Shown: positions 39,901-53,351 of the stretch, one piece after another
How the letters are laid out: the number at the start of each line of letters is the position of its first letter
Position numbering within the stretch: position 1 is the stretch's first letter
Origin: the human T2T-CHM13v2.0 reference genome, Homo sapiens
Reading direction: 5' to 3' (one strand)
NCBI RefSeq assembly: GCF_009914755.1
Contig: NC_060927.1
Length of the DNA stretch: 64,000 nt
Program-made: the position numbers and the translations under genes
The notes under the pieces: model-generated
What the model was told of the DNA's origin: nothing
Seen by the model: only the letters and a program-made list of their open reading frames with translations
Databases searched by the model: none

Positions 39901-40998
39901 CTAGAATTTTGAATCTTTATATCCAACGGACTTCTAGGAACTATGTTTATTTCTAAAGGAAATACTACATTAGAGTTATTCTGTAGGCCAGTTTTCTTCT
40001 TGTATTCTATTTTCCCAGCCAACAGTCAAACTCTGGCTGAACAGATAGCCTGTGCTATCTGGATGTCGATATTCTACATTTTATGATAATATGATTTTTT
40101 AAATACCAAGATAGACTGATTTTATGGGGTGAAGGCAAAATGCATATGCTGTAGTTTAAACTGCTATTTCCCTTAATGACTATTTGTATTTCATAATTGA
40201 GTAATATGTTTTCATTTTTCACTTTTTAATCTTTCAAAAAGGTCTCTCTGAATTGGATGTAAACAATCATTCTATTACTTCTGGAACACTTTAAAAAGCA
40301 AAACTGTGAAAAATAAAATGCTGTTTACATAATAATGTCCTGGTTTTAGAAACTTACATTTTGGGAGACACATTTTACTCGTCTGAATGATTCATAATAT
40401 CAGTTAACAATGGAGAGAAACAAAGAGCTGTTATTTAAGTCAGGCTGTTAGTGCACTAAAAATTCACTGGCAGTAGAGCATCACAACTCATTTATGTGAA
40501 AGGATTATTTTGTTATAAGAACACATTTTTCTACTGATATCTTGATACCTGTTTGTTCCATAATAGTTTTGATATCAGTATGACCTTTATATTTCTCTGA
40601 TTAAAAGAGAAAGAAAGAAAATTTTAACACTTGATAAACAGCATAGGATTGACATTTACTAAAGTAAGTTTCTAGCAGAATTTTGTTCTATGTTATTTCC
40701 TGAATCACTCTAGTTATAAAAACACAGACTCATCTTATTGTGAGACTCTGTTTTGATTCCAAGGAGTTCCCCCTACTGTTGGCAAAGATTGAGATGAGAC
40801 AGCTAATTGCAATTTCTTCTATAAGATCTTTATAGAAATAAATCCAAAATTATTGCCCAGGAGAAAAAGCTAATGAGAAAGAATAAGTTAAGTGCAGAAA
40901 TCTTCTTATATCACATAAATAGGCTGTTAAAATACCACCTGACCAAAGGTTTTTCATAGCAATGTTTAACATGGCAGCATTTAAAAAATTACTACATC

Positions 40999-41308
<310 letters not shown>

Positions 41309-41517
41309 TTATTACATCATAATTTTAGCTGTTCATTTGATAAAAATTGTATAAATTAACATTTCTGTGATATAAAATGCTGCTAAATTTAACACAGTTT
41401 ACAGGAACTTTTATCTGCACACAATTGACACATAATAGTTGACTTCGTTTATAGTACAACATTTTTATAATTTTTATCTGTGAAATAAAATACTAATTAA
41501 AGCTATTAAAGTATTTT

Positions 41518-41811
41518 GGCTGGGCACGGTGGCTCACGCCTGTAATCTCAGCACTTTGGGAGGCCAAGGCGTGCGGATCATGAGGTCAAGAGATCGAGAC
41601 AATCCTGGCCAACATAGTGAAACCCCGTCTCTACTAAAAGTACAAAAATTAGCTGGGTGTGGTGGCACACGCCTGTAGTCCCAGTTACTCAGGAGGCCGA
41701 GGCAGGAGAATTGCTTGAATCCAGGAGGCAGAGGTTGCAGTGAGCCAAGTTTGTGCCACTGCACTCCAGCCTGGCGACACAGGGAGACCCCGTCTCAAAA
41801 AAAAAAAAAAA
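41518..41811 (+). mobile_element. AluS (Sc-like)
   Basis: Full-length Alu with gaggtcaagagatcgagac and ctggcgac, ending in a poly-A tail. Confidence 0.92.
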
Positions 41812-43169
41812 TTATGCTTGGGTAGAAAGAAAATAAATACAAACAGGAAGTCCACAGGAACAATTAAATTAAGAATATACAAGCATGGTAGATAAAAGTT
41901 ATGTTGCAATATATAAGTACATCAAAAATCTATCTTCTCTAAACTTCTCAATATCATACCCTGCTGCTTACAGTAAAACAGAAAAGCTGAGCTTTGCTGA
42001 ATTCCTATCAGAAAATATAGGTCGATTTCTTAATTCTGTATTATGTTTGACCGGAGAACTACACAGAGAATGATAACACTGAGTACAAAGTTTATTTCTT
42101 TCTGTATCATTTTCTTCAATTTGTGACATTTAAATATACTTAGAAGCAGATTGAAGAGCTCTGTGTAGTCCTGTAACCTAGAGCAAAGTTATTCTGCTTA
42201 TTATAACAGAAAGTGGTGAAAATCATAAAGATAAGTATTTGTGAAATGAGGCTGGGACAATTACAGTGATGGTGTGCATAGAAAGAAACTGTCATTACTC
42301 TTTAGTGAAAACAAGATGTAATCAAAGGATGGGCTTATTTTTGTTGTAGTGGTTTTATAGTTATTTGTACTTGGCTATAAAAGTCCCTTATAACTGAAGG
42401 TTTTACTAGAGAACATGTGCATTATTATATGAGTTTGAAATTCTTTAGCCATTAAAGCCTACTGTTAACCTTGAAATGATTGTTTAATAATTATTTATAA
42501 CTCAGTTTCATAAAATGCAACTATAGCCTTACCACAAAGCCTATGGGTGTATTATTAGGTAATTGGAAAGATCTGCTTCAGTAAAAAACTGTGGCATTTA
42601 ATTTTAAAAACCTTTTAGAACTCTCTGCATGTTTGTGGCACTTAAAAATCTTTCAAGGTGTGAATATTAGTTTCACTCTCAGTCTTTCTAAGTGGACAAG
42701 TAGCCACTATGAATCAGAATTTAGAAATGTCCTTTAAAAATCTTTATGTGTTAATAATTCTCTAAAAATCAAAACTCCAGAAACTTGTACATTTTTAATC
42801 CGCCCTCACTAACTGGGAACATTTGTTTCAAGCCCTTCTTTTAGTAACTGAGAATTTGAAATAAAAAGTCTTAGTTTGTTCCTTTTACTAAGAAGAAAAG
42901 ACTATGTAAATTATTTGAATAGGCAATTATTTGTGACACTACCAATACTAATGAGCAATTTTACTAGGAGTGGACTTTTGATTGAGTCTCTCCATTGTGA
43001 CAGAGGATAGGAAAGGAAGAGAGAGGATGACTCTGGGAATCTTAATCCCACAATCCAAAAGAGGGGGAAACATAACAGTAGAAATCAGTGGCAGAAATGA
43101 CATCTAGGTTTCCTCCTTTCCATAAGTACTTATTACCAATTTGAGCCAATTTGCTCTATACTTTCCTCC

Positions 43170-43563
<394 letters not shown>

Positions 43564-45902
43564 TAGTAACTTAGTGCCCATCTGAAAGTCAAATCAACAG
43601 TCCAAGTAAGGATTGCCTTCCCCTTCTTATGAATATAAGCCCCTTCTAGTCATACATCTCTATTTAAAAGCAATTAGAGGCAGTAAAACATGTGAAAGAA
43701 AAACCTAGAACCATATCCATCTATACTTAAGATGGTGTTTTCCAAATTCATTTTTGCCCAGAAAAACTCCAGTTATTTATTTACCAACTTAAATAGAATC
43801 ATGACATTTAAAAACATTTCCAATTTAAATCACTTTCATTAAAAAAGTTTATATATTCCACATAGTTTTTTGAATATAAAATATTCTAAAATTAACAAAA
43901 TAATGTGTTTTCTGTTACACACCAAAAATATTTGGCAATCACATCATTAGAATATGAAATCTGGGAAGGGGTAACTTACAGCTTTGATAAATAACTGGCA
44001 TGAGACAGCCATTAAAGAATGAAGTCATGCATATGTTCCTATCTAGCCTTAAGAAAGTTTTCTTTTTGTCAGATTTTATCATTGCGAACTCGTATTGTCC
44101 AGCAATTGAAATAAACTATCCAACTACTAGTGCAATTAAAATTCAGTCCACAGTAGTATATTTGTATGTCACAACTCATTAGCCTATCCTGTCTGTCCTA
44201 GAGTTTGAAAGGAAATGATCAGGTCTAGATATGTTTAGAGAGGGGACAGCATTATAGTAACCAAAGTTCTTGCCTGTATCAGTGTGAGATTTAAGATATG
44301 TATTGCAATGTTACATTGAGTCAATGTATGCAGAGAAATCGCTCACAGATTTACTTTGAAATTCCATTCATTGTCTTTTCTTACCTCAATTATGCTGTAT
44401 ACTCAAACAGTTCTACAATGGATCACAGGAGATTTGAGGTTTGTATCCTGGGAGTCCCAATTAAGTAACAATTCACTTTAAAGTATTTAGAATTCTTAGA
44501 CGGTGTTATTTTTATTTGGGTACAAACAAAAGGCACTTTATAAATCCAAAGTATGTGCTTTTAAAGTGTGTTTTGAAGTTAACTATTCTACTCTACTAGA
44601 TCATGTATTTAGGTCATGTAATTGAATTATAAATACAATTTAGAAGCCACAATGGAACTGTTGTTAAATAATATTAATGTATTAAATTTACGAGAAGGAA
44701 GTCTGTACAGCATGTTATAAACTCATGGTGGATTTAAAGATATTTATGGTATTTGAACATTACAGCAACATTGCAAGATACTCAGGGTAGATATAATTGA
44801 TAGACAATAGAATCAGTCAGAAGTAATGCTGCTAATTGTGTTTTTCTCATTTATGCTAAATAGAGTGCACTAAAAATTTAATTTCTGAGTAAATGCAATA
44901 AATTTAATTAATCTTCTACACTTACTTTAATTGACTGTATGGTCTAACCTATTTTGGTTTATTTGTTCTCCTTTGAGTAGAAACCAAATGCTGATGTGAT
45001 TAGTCCAGTTCTTTTCCATTGTTCTTATTATCAGAAGAAACTTAAGGATATGGTAGTTCATTAGTTGACAACCTACATTCCAATAAGTAATTTACTAAAT
45101 GGAGTCTATGTAATAACCATATCTTCTTCTTCTCACTCTGGTTACTAATACTGAGATTAAACTAGTGATTGATCTTAACATGTGGAGTAACATATAATTA
45201 TCATTTAGTAATGTGCAATTACTACCTGAACACAATGATACATTAAGCCATTTAAACCCCTAAGGACATTGCAAATATAATCTAATAATTTATGTATACT
45301 GGCAAGCTGATTTCTACTATGCAAATCCCATATAAAGCTCAGAGAAATTAAATGATTGGTATCACACAACTAACAACTGAACTAGGTATATCTTTTATCA
45401 GAATAAATGTTAGTAATATCCTTTAATTTAAAGGTGAGGAAGTATTTTCATATTTTCAAAAATTTTCTAACAGTTATCTGAAATATAATCTATAACATTG
45501 ATTAATTGGTTGAGGGTATTTAATTATTTTTCAGAGATAATTGCAATATAATTAAGCATACTGTTAATTTCCAAACTGATATCCTGGGAAATAATTCAAT
45601 TATGGAAATTATACTATGTAATCCATGCAGCGGCTATCTATCTTCTGTTTTAATTTAAATACAATTACTTCTAATTAGGATTAATTTATTGGGAAAAAAT
45701 TCTTTAATCATTAAGGAATTATAATATAAAAGGTAAAGTTTATGTTTGTCTTTCACTAGCAAAACGTAAAGAATCTAACTTTGAGAATTGTATTTCTTTT
45801 AAATTGTAGTGATCAAGAGCCTTACTTTTACCCATTTAATTTATTTATCAACTAACCAGATAATCAAAATTTTAGTACTGCTTGAAAATTTAGAAACCTA
45901 AT

Positions 45903-46077
45903 GTCTATCAAATATGTAATTTATTTTTCTTAACATTTTATAAGATTAATATTTCCTTCACAAAAAAATAGTTGAGATGATTTTTTAAAGTCTATCAAAT
46001 ACACAATTTATTTTTCTTAACATTTAAAAGATTAATGTTTGCTTTGCAAAAAAAAATACTTGAGATGACTTTTAAAA
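45903..46077 (+). repeat. Tandem duplication, 2 x ~87 bp
   Basis: Units start gtctatcaaat at 45903 and 45990 and both end ttgagatga(t/c)tttt..aaa. Confidence 0.92.
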
Positions 46078-47248
46078 GGATGGTGCTTTTCATGTATCAG
46101 GAAACACTTTATAAACAACATGAGAACATGTTGTGCGGTGTATGTATTTACATTATGTTTTGGTTTGTGTATATATGTAACCCCTGAAAATGATTCCCTT
46201 CTATTGTATTTATTGATTTTCATGGTCTGGTTCATGTTAATAATGCATGCTTAGTTTATGTAACCTTCCTTCACATCCTCCATTAGTCAATCATGGGATT
46301 GTTTTCTAATTTAGGAGAAAGATGAGGTAAAACCATAGTTTCCATTATTTAATAGGTCAGATAGACAATTAAAGTGAACCTTTTGTTATTGATTGTATTT
46401 GAAATGCTGTTGTATATTTTATTTTCTAACCTATTACAAATGAATATTCAGTATGGAAAATAAACAGTGTTCCATCTTCTTTTAATAATATATTAAAAAT
46501 GCAACCATATGCATGCTATATTTTACTTTTTGTGTACAAATATCGATTAAAAGTCATTAGAACTAGCACAAAGTTCTGAGTAAAACCACTAAAGCCTTTG
46601 AGTAAAAATAATTACTTTAAATAAGTAAAGCTTTACACAGGTGTTATTATAAAACATAGTTTTACTTTGATTTCTCCTCAAATTGGTAGTTAAGCTTTTT
46701 GTGTGTTACATATAAGTAAATAATGAATACATTTTTAAAAAATACACATTGCAGAATAATATGTTGAGTATTAGCCAGGGATGATATGAAGGTGTCATAT
46801 TAGATATAAATAAACAGATAAATTGATTCATTCTGTCAACATATTTAAGAAATGAATTAATTGTGGAATCATATGTAAATTTATCAAATTTAATATTTTT
46901 GAAGTTATTTTGATATGCTAGCATTAATGTTGTTTTCTATTATGCATTTTTATTGTTTCCTCTTTAAACCCATAATTATTATGCCAGAAATTGCCAGTAT
47001 ATTGAACATTAACCTATCCTTGTAAACAAATGCAAACAGTTTAAAAGGACACAGAAACTTTTGATCTCTTAACTTTCCCTGTGTATTTTTTGTAATTTCC
47101 TTCTTTTTATCCTAATTATAGACTTATAATGAGAAGGAAGAGTTATGTTTTTTGAGCAACATCAACAACAGACAATGTGAACTCAACAGAAGCAAATAGA
47201 AATAATTCACTGTTATTAACTGTGTTTGTGTATTATGTTTTATTTTAG

Positions 47249-47313
47249 TCAATCTACTGGATTCAAAAACAATTCAAGGGGAGCTGGGCTGGATCTCTTA
47301 TCCATCACATGGG
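47249..47313 (+). CDS. EPHA3: EPHA3 coding exon 2 (65 nt, start of ephrin ligand-binding domain)
   Basis: Acceptor ttttattttag|TC and donor GGG|gtgagt. Spliced to exon 1 (G+TC) it reads [22 protein letters not shown], the conserved Eph LBD start. 88+65=153 nt = 51 codons. Confidence 0.98.
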
Positions 47314-48664
47314 GTGAGTTCAATAAACTATCACAAGGAAACATTTTCTCTATTACCTGTCTTAGGGAGCAGATGAATTTATTGTATTCTCTAAAGAGAA
47401 CTCTTGTACTTCTGGTGACAAATTATACTTATAGGAGTATTCAATATATGGAGTACCACAGCTTGACATTTGTGTCCAATGGAGCTAGTGAGAATTTTGA
47501 AGATTTTTTTTCTCCTTAATTTATCAATTGCTTGGATGGACTGATTAAATAGTTTAATTATTATTGGCATCATGTCAATGATCTAAGAGTGACTTTTTTT
47601 GATGTGATCAGAATAAGTGAATTAATTAGACTGTCTAAATTTCAGGTAATGTAGAAAGTGTGTATTTGGAGACGGTAATCTCCAAAGTCATAGCCTTAAA
47701 ATCAACCTCAGTAACTGCTCTTCCAAGTAGTTAGAATTTATTGGTCAACAGTATAAACCTATGTTGTCTTAATTTACTTGTTTCAAATGTCTACAGTTTG
47801 CCTAGATCAGCTCAAAAATGGGAATATTACTTAGAAAAAATCTGCTGCTGCCTTTAAGTTTTAAACTTTTTACATAGCTTTGGTATTTTATCAATCCAGA
47901 TACAAATTACAGAGTGTGTAGCATATTGGTGTTCTGAATGACTATAATGAGGCTTTTATGGGAGAACATTTTTCTTTTATTTTTTCTGAAAAATGAGGGG
48001 AGTGTTATTTACATTTCTCAAACTCTTTTCCCTACACAATTGTGTAATAAATTCCTGAGCATACCTTTTTGTTTCTAAGTATAGTTTGTGAAATATGTGA
48101 AGTACTATTTTGAAATATTTGTCATAGGAACAAATTTATGTATTCCTGTCCTTCTATGATAGTCGTCTTTTCAAGAGATTGTAATTACTTCCACTTCGTG
48201 TTGGCGTTCAGTCTTTAGATTTTTGTGCCTAAATATACACATTTTTATGATAGCACCAGCTTCTTCACCAGCGGATGTTTTCCATCAGAGATACTTCATC
48301 TATCTGTCATCTTTGTATCTGCTTCTCTTCCTGACACACCTTGACTTTGACAATATGCCAAAACCTAAAATCAAGCCTTCATTAGTTACTTTAGAGGAGA
48401 GAGTATGAAGTAAGCCAGGATTTGGTTTTCCCAGAGGTGTAAAAGGAATCAAATGATTAAGATAAAAGCACAGCCTAGGTTGTCATAAAGAGTGAATTGA
48501 AACTCAAGTTTGAGCTGGAAAACTCATTTGAAACTAATCATCTAAAAGTCAAACCTCACCTTAATTTGATTTTAGAAATTTAAATTTTTCATGACTCCTT
48601 CAGATAATATACCAGAGAATCTGCTGCTTCAGGATATAAGAAAAGCAAAAGCTATGGTAACATT

Positions 48665-48795
48665 TAGTAACTATATATTAGTATATGGTATACTGTATAC
48701 CATATATAGACATACTATATACTATATATACTATATACTCAATAATATAGTATATATATTACTATATTAGTATCTATAACTAATAGATATGTATA
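48665..48795. repeat. TA-rich low-complexity tract (tatac/tatag units)
   Basis: Seen directly. Confidence 0.8.
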
Positions 48796-49009
48796 TGTTT
48801 CTTTTTAAAACAAGAAATCATCTTATATTTCACAGCAACAGTCTGGCTTATGTTTTCCTTTAAAGAAGGTATAATGGTAACACATTTTTTATATTGGGAA
48901 TTGGGGGAAATGAATTCCCCCATTGTTATTCTCATAGATAATGTGATGGGATAGAGTTGGCACATCTACTTCCAGAGCTATGTTGGAGGTAGACAGTGGG
49001 GTATTCTTA

Positions 49010-49170
49010 GCACCTTGCTGGGTAAAGTGTGGCACAGGGACAAACCAGCAACATCAACATGTGGGAGATTGTTAGAAATGCAGACTACCAGACCCTGCTC
49101 CAGACATTGTGAATCAGAATGTGTATCTCAATAGGTGACTCTTTAGCACATTGAATTTGAGAAACACTCC
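49010..49170. mobile_element. MER5A-like
   Basis: aaagtgtgg...cagcaacatca...ttgttagaaatgcagact...gaatcagaa...tttgagaaacact. Confidence 0.7.
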
Positions 49171-50069
49171 TCTGCATAAATTACCTCTTCACATTTCCCA
49201 TCTCTGGCCCAATTTACTGTCTCTTTGTTCCCCAGAAATCTCTTATAACTTCCACAGTCAAAAGTTTTCAGTTTCTTCTTTGGTTTACTGTTGCCTCAGA
49301 GATCCCCACTTGGACCCATTAGCTCCTCTTCATTGCTGTCCTCTGTTGATCTTGCAACTGTGATTTTCCTATTTCTGATGCATAAAATAGCCTAAAACAG
49401 TTGGTCATTCTCTTCAAGCTTATCATTATTATTTGCAGGGAGAAAAGAGACACTCCCCAATAGTTCATGAAACTTACAATACCTGAGAACTCCAAAGCTA
49501 AAAAAAAGAATAAAATCAAATGATGTGAATTATTGTTCTTTGGTGATATATAGTGTATATTTCCTTTAAATTTCCCACATATAAAGTTAACCATAATATA
49601 TATAAGGAAATATATAGTGCAGATTTAGAAAACATTAGATTGTTTTTTTTTTTTTTTTGAGAAACTGACCAAATTACTGGGTGAAAATAATGTATGGTAA
49701 GTTTAGGTTTTGGATTTAATAGCCTGGCATATACAAATATTTGTGCCTCTAGATTCAATTAATTATTGTTATTGCTCTCATTTTTAATATGACAAGGATA
49801 GATTAGTTTTGTGGTTGTATTGTTTTTAAAGGAAATAGATACTTACAACAATTGTGATATCCTTGCTGAAACGTTTTTCATAAAAAAAAGACAAGTAATA
49901 GCTGGAAATAACTTTGAGTTTGTTATTTTTCAAATTAATTAACTCTAATAACTGGCAGTACATCTGACTGGAGAATAACTAAAATATGACTGTAAACTTA
50001 AGAGGAAAAAATCATAATAACAATATTATACCATATTAAATCACTGCAAATTCTCACTCTTGATTTAGG

Positions 50070-50298
50070 GTAGTGGTTCTTAACAGGTTGAGCGAGTAAG
50101 GGAAGAGGGAATTTTTATTTTGCCTCGGTGGGATATTTGGCAATGTTTGAAGACTTTTGTAACAACTGGAGAAAGCAGGCACTTTTACATTTAGTAGGGG
50201 AGACAAGAGGTACTGCTAAATATCTTCCAATGAACATGGCAGCCCCTAAAAAGAAGAATGACCTGGTCTAAAATGACAGTGGCTAAATTGAGAAACTC
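50070..50298. mobile_element. MER20-like hAT element
   Basis: gtggttcttaac...gatatttggcaatgtttgaagac...tgctaaatatc...ttgagaaactct. Confidence 0.7.
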
Positions 50299-50635
50299 TT
50301 ACTTAGGGGATTAATAATAGCATTCCATCAGGAAATGTCCATAACTAAGGAGATTTGGGAGACTGCCAGCTCCCTCTCTAACTTCCAATCATATTCTCAT
50401 CAGAAGCTCTAAATTCCAAATCTGTTGAAATATAAATTTTAAAAAATAAATAAGTGATTCATTTCAAACTTGAATCTTTCATGGAATGCTTGTATCATCT
50501 GAGCTATAAAAAATTAACATATTTGGAGAAAAATGGTGAAGAGTAGTTCATTCCTACATATAATTTCTTTTCTATTTCTATTCTTCCTTTTCCTCCAAAG
50601 ACGTATTCATACATGAAACTTTACAATTCACCTAG

Positions 50636-50975
<340 letters not shown>

Positions 50976-51879
50976 CCTATCTCCATTTTTAAATGGTGCT
51001 TCATATCTTAGAGAAAACCTTGTAGGGAGATATGATACTACATATATTATTAGGCCTTGGACTAATTCTCCAAATAAATATCTGGGAGTAAATTTAATGA
51101 AACTTTAATTTTCTCTAAATGAAGGTCATGAAAATAATACTCAAATTTGTAAACTGAAATTATTTGTGGAGGTCGTGAATAGCAATTCATTTTTCAATGA
51201 AAGAGTTTTATTTGACACTCATAATCTGGCATTATATTTGGTGACTTTAGCAAAGCAGACTGAAGCAGTTACCTTCTCTGGCCCTATAAACTATGAATGA
51301 TATGATATTTCAATCCAGGGCTTAATTTTATTCAGAAATTTGGGTAAATAATTCAATCGTTCTAATATTAATATTTGATTTGGAGAACAATCAACACATA
51401 TCAAAGCCTCTATATATTGTTAGGTTATTGTTTTTTTCTAAAAACAGCCTTTTGCTTACACATGACTTAAATTGATTGTACTTAAATTGATTGATTGATT
51501 GACTGATTGATAGTGTCTATCTACCACGTAAACTTTCTTAGACTACATATCACTACATAAATGCATTGGAGGAGAGATCCAAGGAAGGTTGAGCTACACA
51601 GTTTTCACTTAGTATAGTATTGATATTGTGATTAACTAGTACAAAGAAATCATGAGCTATGACTCACTTAATTAAAGAAACTCCAATAAGAAGAGAGTGA
51701 GGACTGGCAGGGTTCAGGGAGTGTAGAAAAAGCACTGTCTGAAATGAGTAATATATGTTTGTGGAAAACAGAAAGAGGTATCCGAATTAGTAATTGTGGA
51801 ATTAAAGTTTCTTTAGATATTTATTGATGTCTTAGCGGTGAACATGCACTTAAAGGAAAACACTCTTTTGGCAAATAGG

Positions 51880-52385
51880 GAGCTTGTTGATTGCCCACCC
51901 AATATCTGTTCGCTGGATTCTCCTTGCTGATGAAAGAAACATCGATATTGTTCAAGTTTTCACCCTCCCAGGTGTTCCTGGAAAATGGCCCCTCTGCGAC
52001 TCCATGGGTTGAATGCTGATTCATCTTGGAACTAATCATGACCATGATAGTTATTGTTGCAGGGATTGGTTGAAGCAAGTGTAAGTAAAGCCAATGAGAC
52101 TGGTGCAGAATTCCAGTGATTTCTAGGAAAGGTTTTCCTCCTGATGGAGAGATAGGGAGAGACCCATCATTTCCTCCGTTTGGGCTTGTTCTGTAAAGGC
52201 TCTGGGTCTGCAGCAGCTGCATTTCTCTCGGGACTAGAAAGGCAGAGCCCAGTGAGCATAAGAGAAGCCAGCATGGAACCTTGATATCACTGAACCACTG
52301 AATTACGTGAAAGAATGCCTCTTCTTTGTTATTTAAGCCACTCTTAGTGTTTTTCATGCTTTCAAATAAAAGGCATCCTTACAGG
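51880..52385. mobile_element. MaLR LTR (MLT1J/K-like)
   Basis: gccaatgagac..., ggcagagcc...gagaagcc...ccttgatatcactgaaccactgaat, tttaagccactc and an aataaa near the end. Confidence 0.6.
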
Positions 52386-52630
52386 ATAGAATGTTTTATC
52401 TTTGCTCAAATATTCTAATTTCTAAATGGAGGCTATGGCTATGGCATAATTGTATATTATAGTGTTATTTATATTTTCCAGATTGTCTTTTTTGGTACTT
52501 TAGTATGATGTCAAAAATAATAGAGTAGTAAAACAGGTTAAGAACATTGGTTAGAATTGAGGCATCTGCATTTCCATTCTATCTCTACCACTTATTATAT
52601 AATCAGATGTAAGCCAATTAATCAAAAACT

Positions 52631-52935
52631 GACCAGGTGGCTCATACCTGTAATCCCAGCGCTTTGAGAGACCAAGGCAGGAGAATCACTTGAGGCCAGG
52701 GCTTCAGGATCAGCCTGGGAAAACACAGTGATAACACCCCATCTCCAATCAATCAATCAATCAATCGATCAATAGAAATTAGCCTGGAGTGGTGGCCTTC
52801 ACCTGTAGTTCTAGCTACTCAGGGGGCTGAGGTGGGAAGATTGCTTGAGCCCAAGAGTTCCAGGCTGCAGTGGGGTACGACTGAGCCGCTGCACTCTAGC
52901 CTGAATGACGGAGCCAGACTCTGTCTCTCAAAAAG
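52631..52935 (+). mobile_element. AluJ with (CAAT)n microsatellite in the middle linker, inserted in a MIR
   Basis: Diverged Alu with (caat)n at about 52746-52773. MIR-like sequence lies on both sides (~52510-52625 and ~52960-53100). Confidence 0.85.
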
Positions 52936-53351
52936 AATTTTTTTAAATCTTGAAAAACATTTGTCTTCACCTCTAAAAAAAGGAATTAGAGTAATTCCTA
53001 TGTCATATCACTTTAGAGCAAATGAGATTTGAGCAACTGAAATATTTCTATGCATCTAAGAATACAAATACATATAATACATGTGAAAGAGCTATATAAA
53101 TATCATTTCTTATTCTAAGACAAGCTTTGAGGTTCTCCCATTTTAATTCAAACTCTTGCTAAATTCATTTACATGTCTCCTTAAATCTCAGTCTACACTT
53201 GAGGTCTTGAATTTGTATTTAGGAGAAGGAAAGTTGACAGTGTTGTGTGAAGTCTCAGCAGGCACCTCTTCTAAATTCAGAGCCCAATACATTGCCTCTG
53301 ATGTCACTTCATTTTTATTCCATATAATCTGCACAGACAAAAGTTCGCATA

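Noticed and set aside
47226-47519. 97-aa ORF overlapping exon 2
   Set aside because: Wrong frame relative to the spliced EPHA3 frame; chance ORF.
51821-52357. 178-aa minus-strand ORF, the longest in the window
   Set aside because: Lies within an MLT1-like LTR, has no recognisable domain and no supported splice structure.
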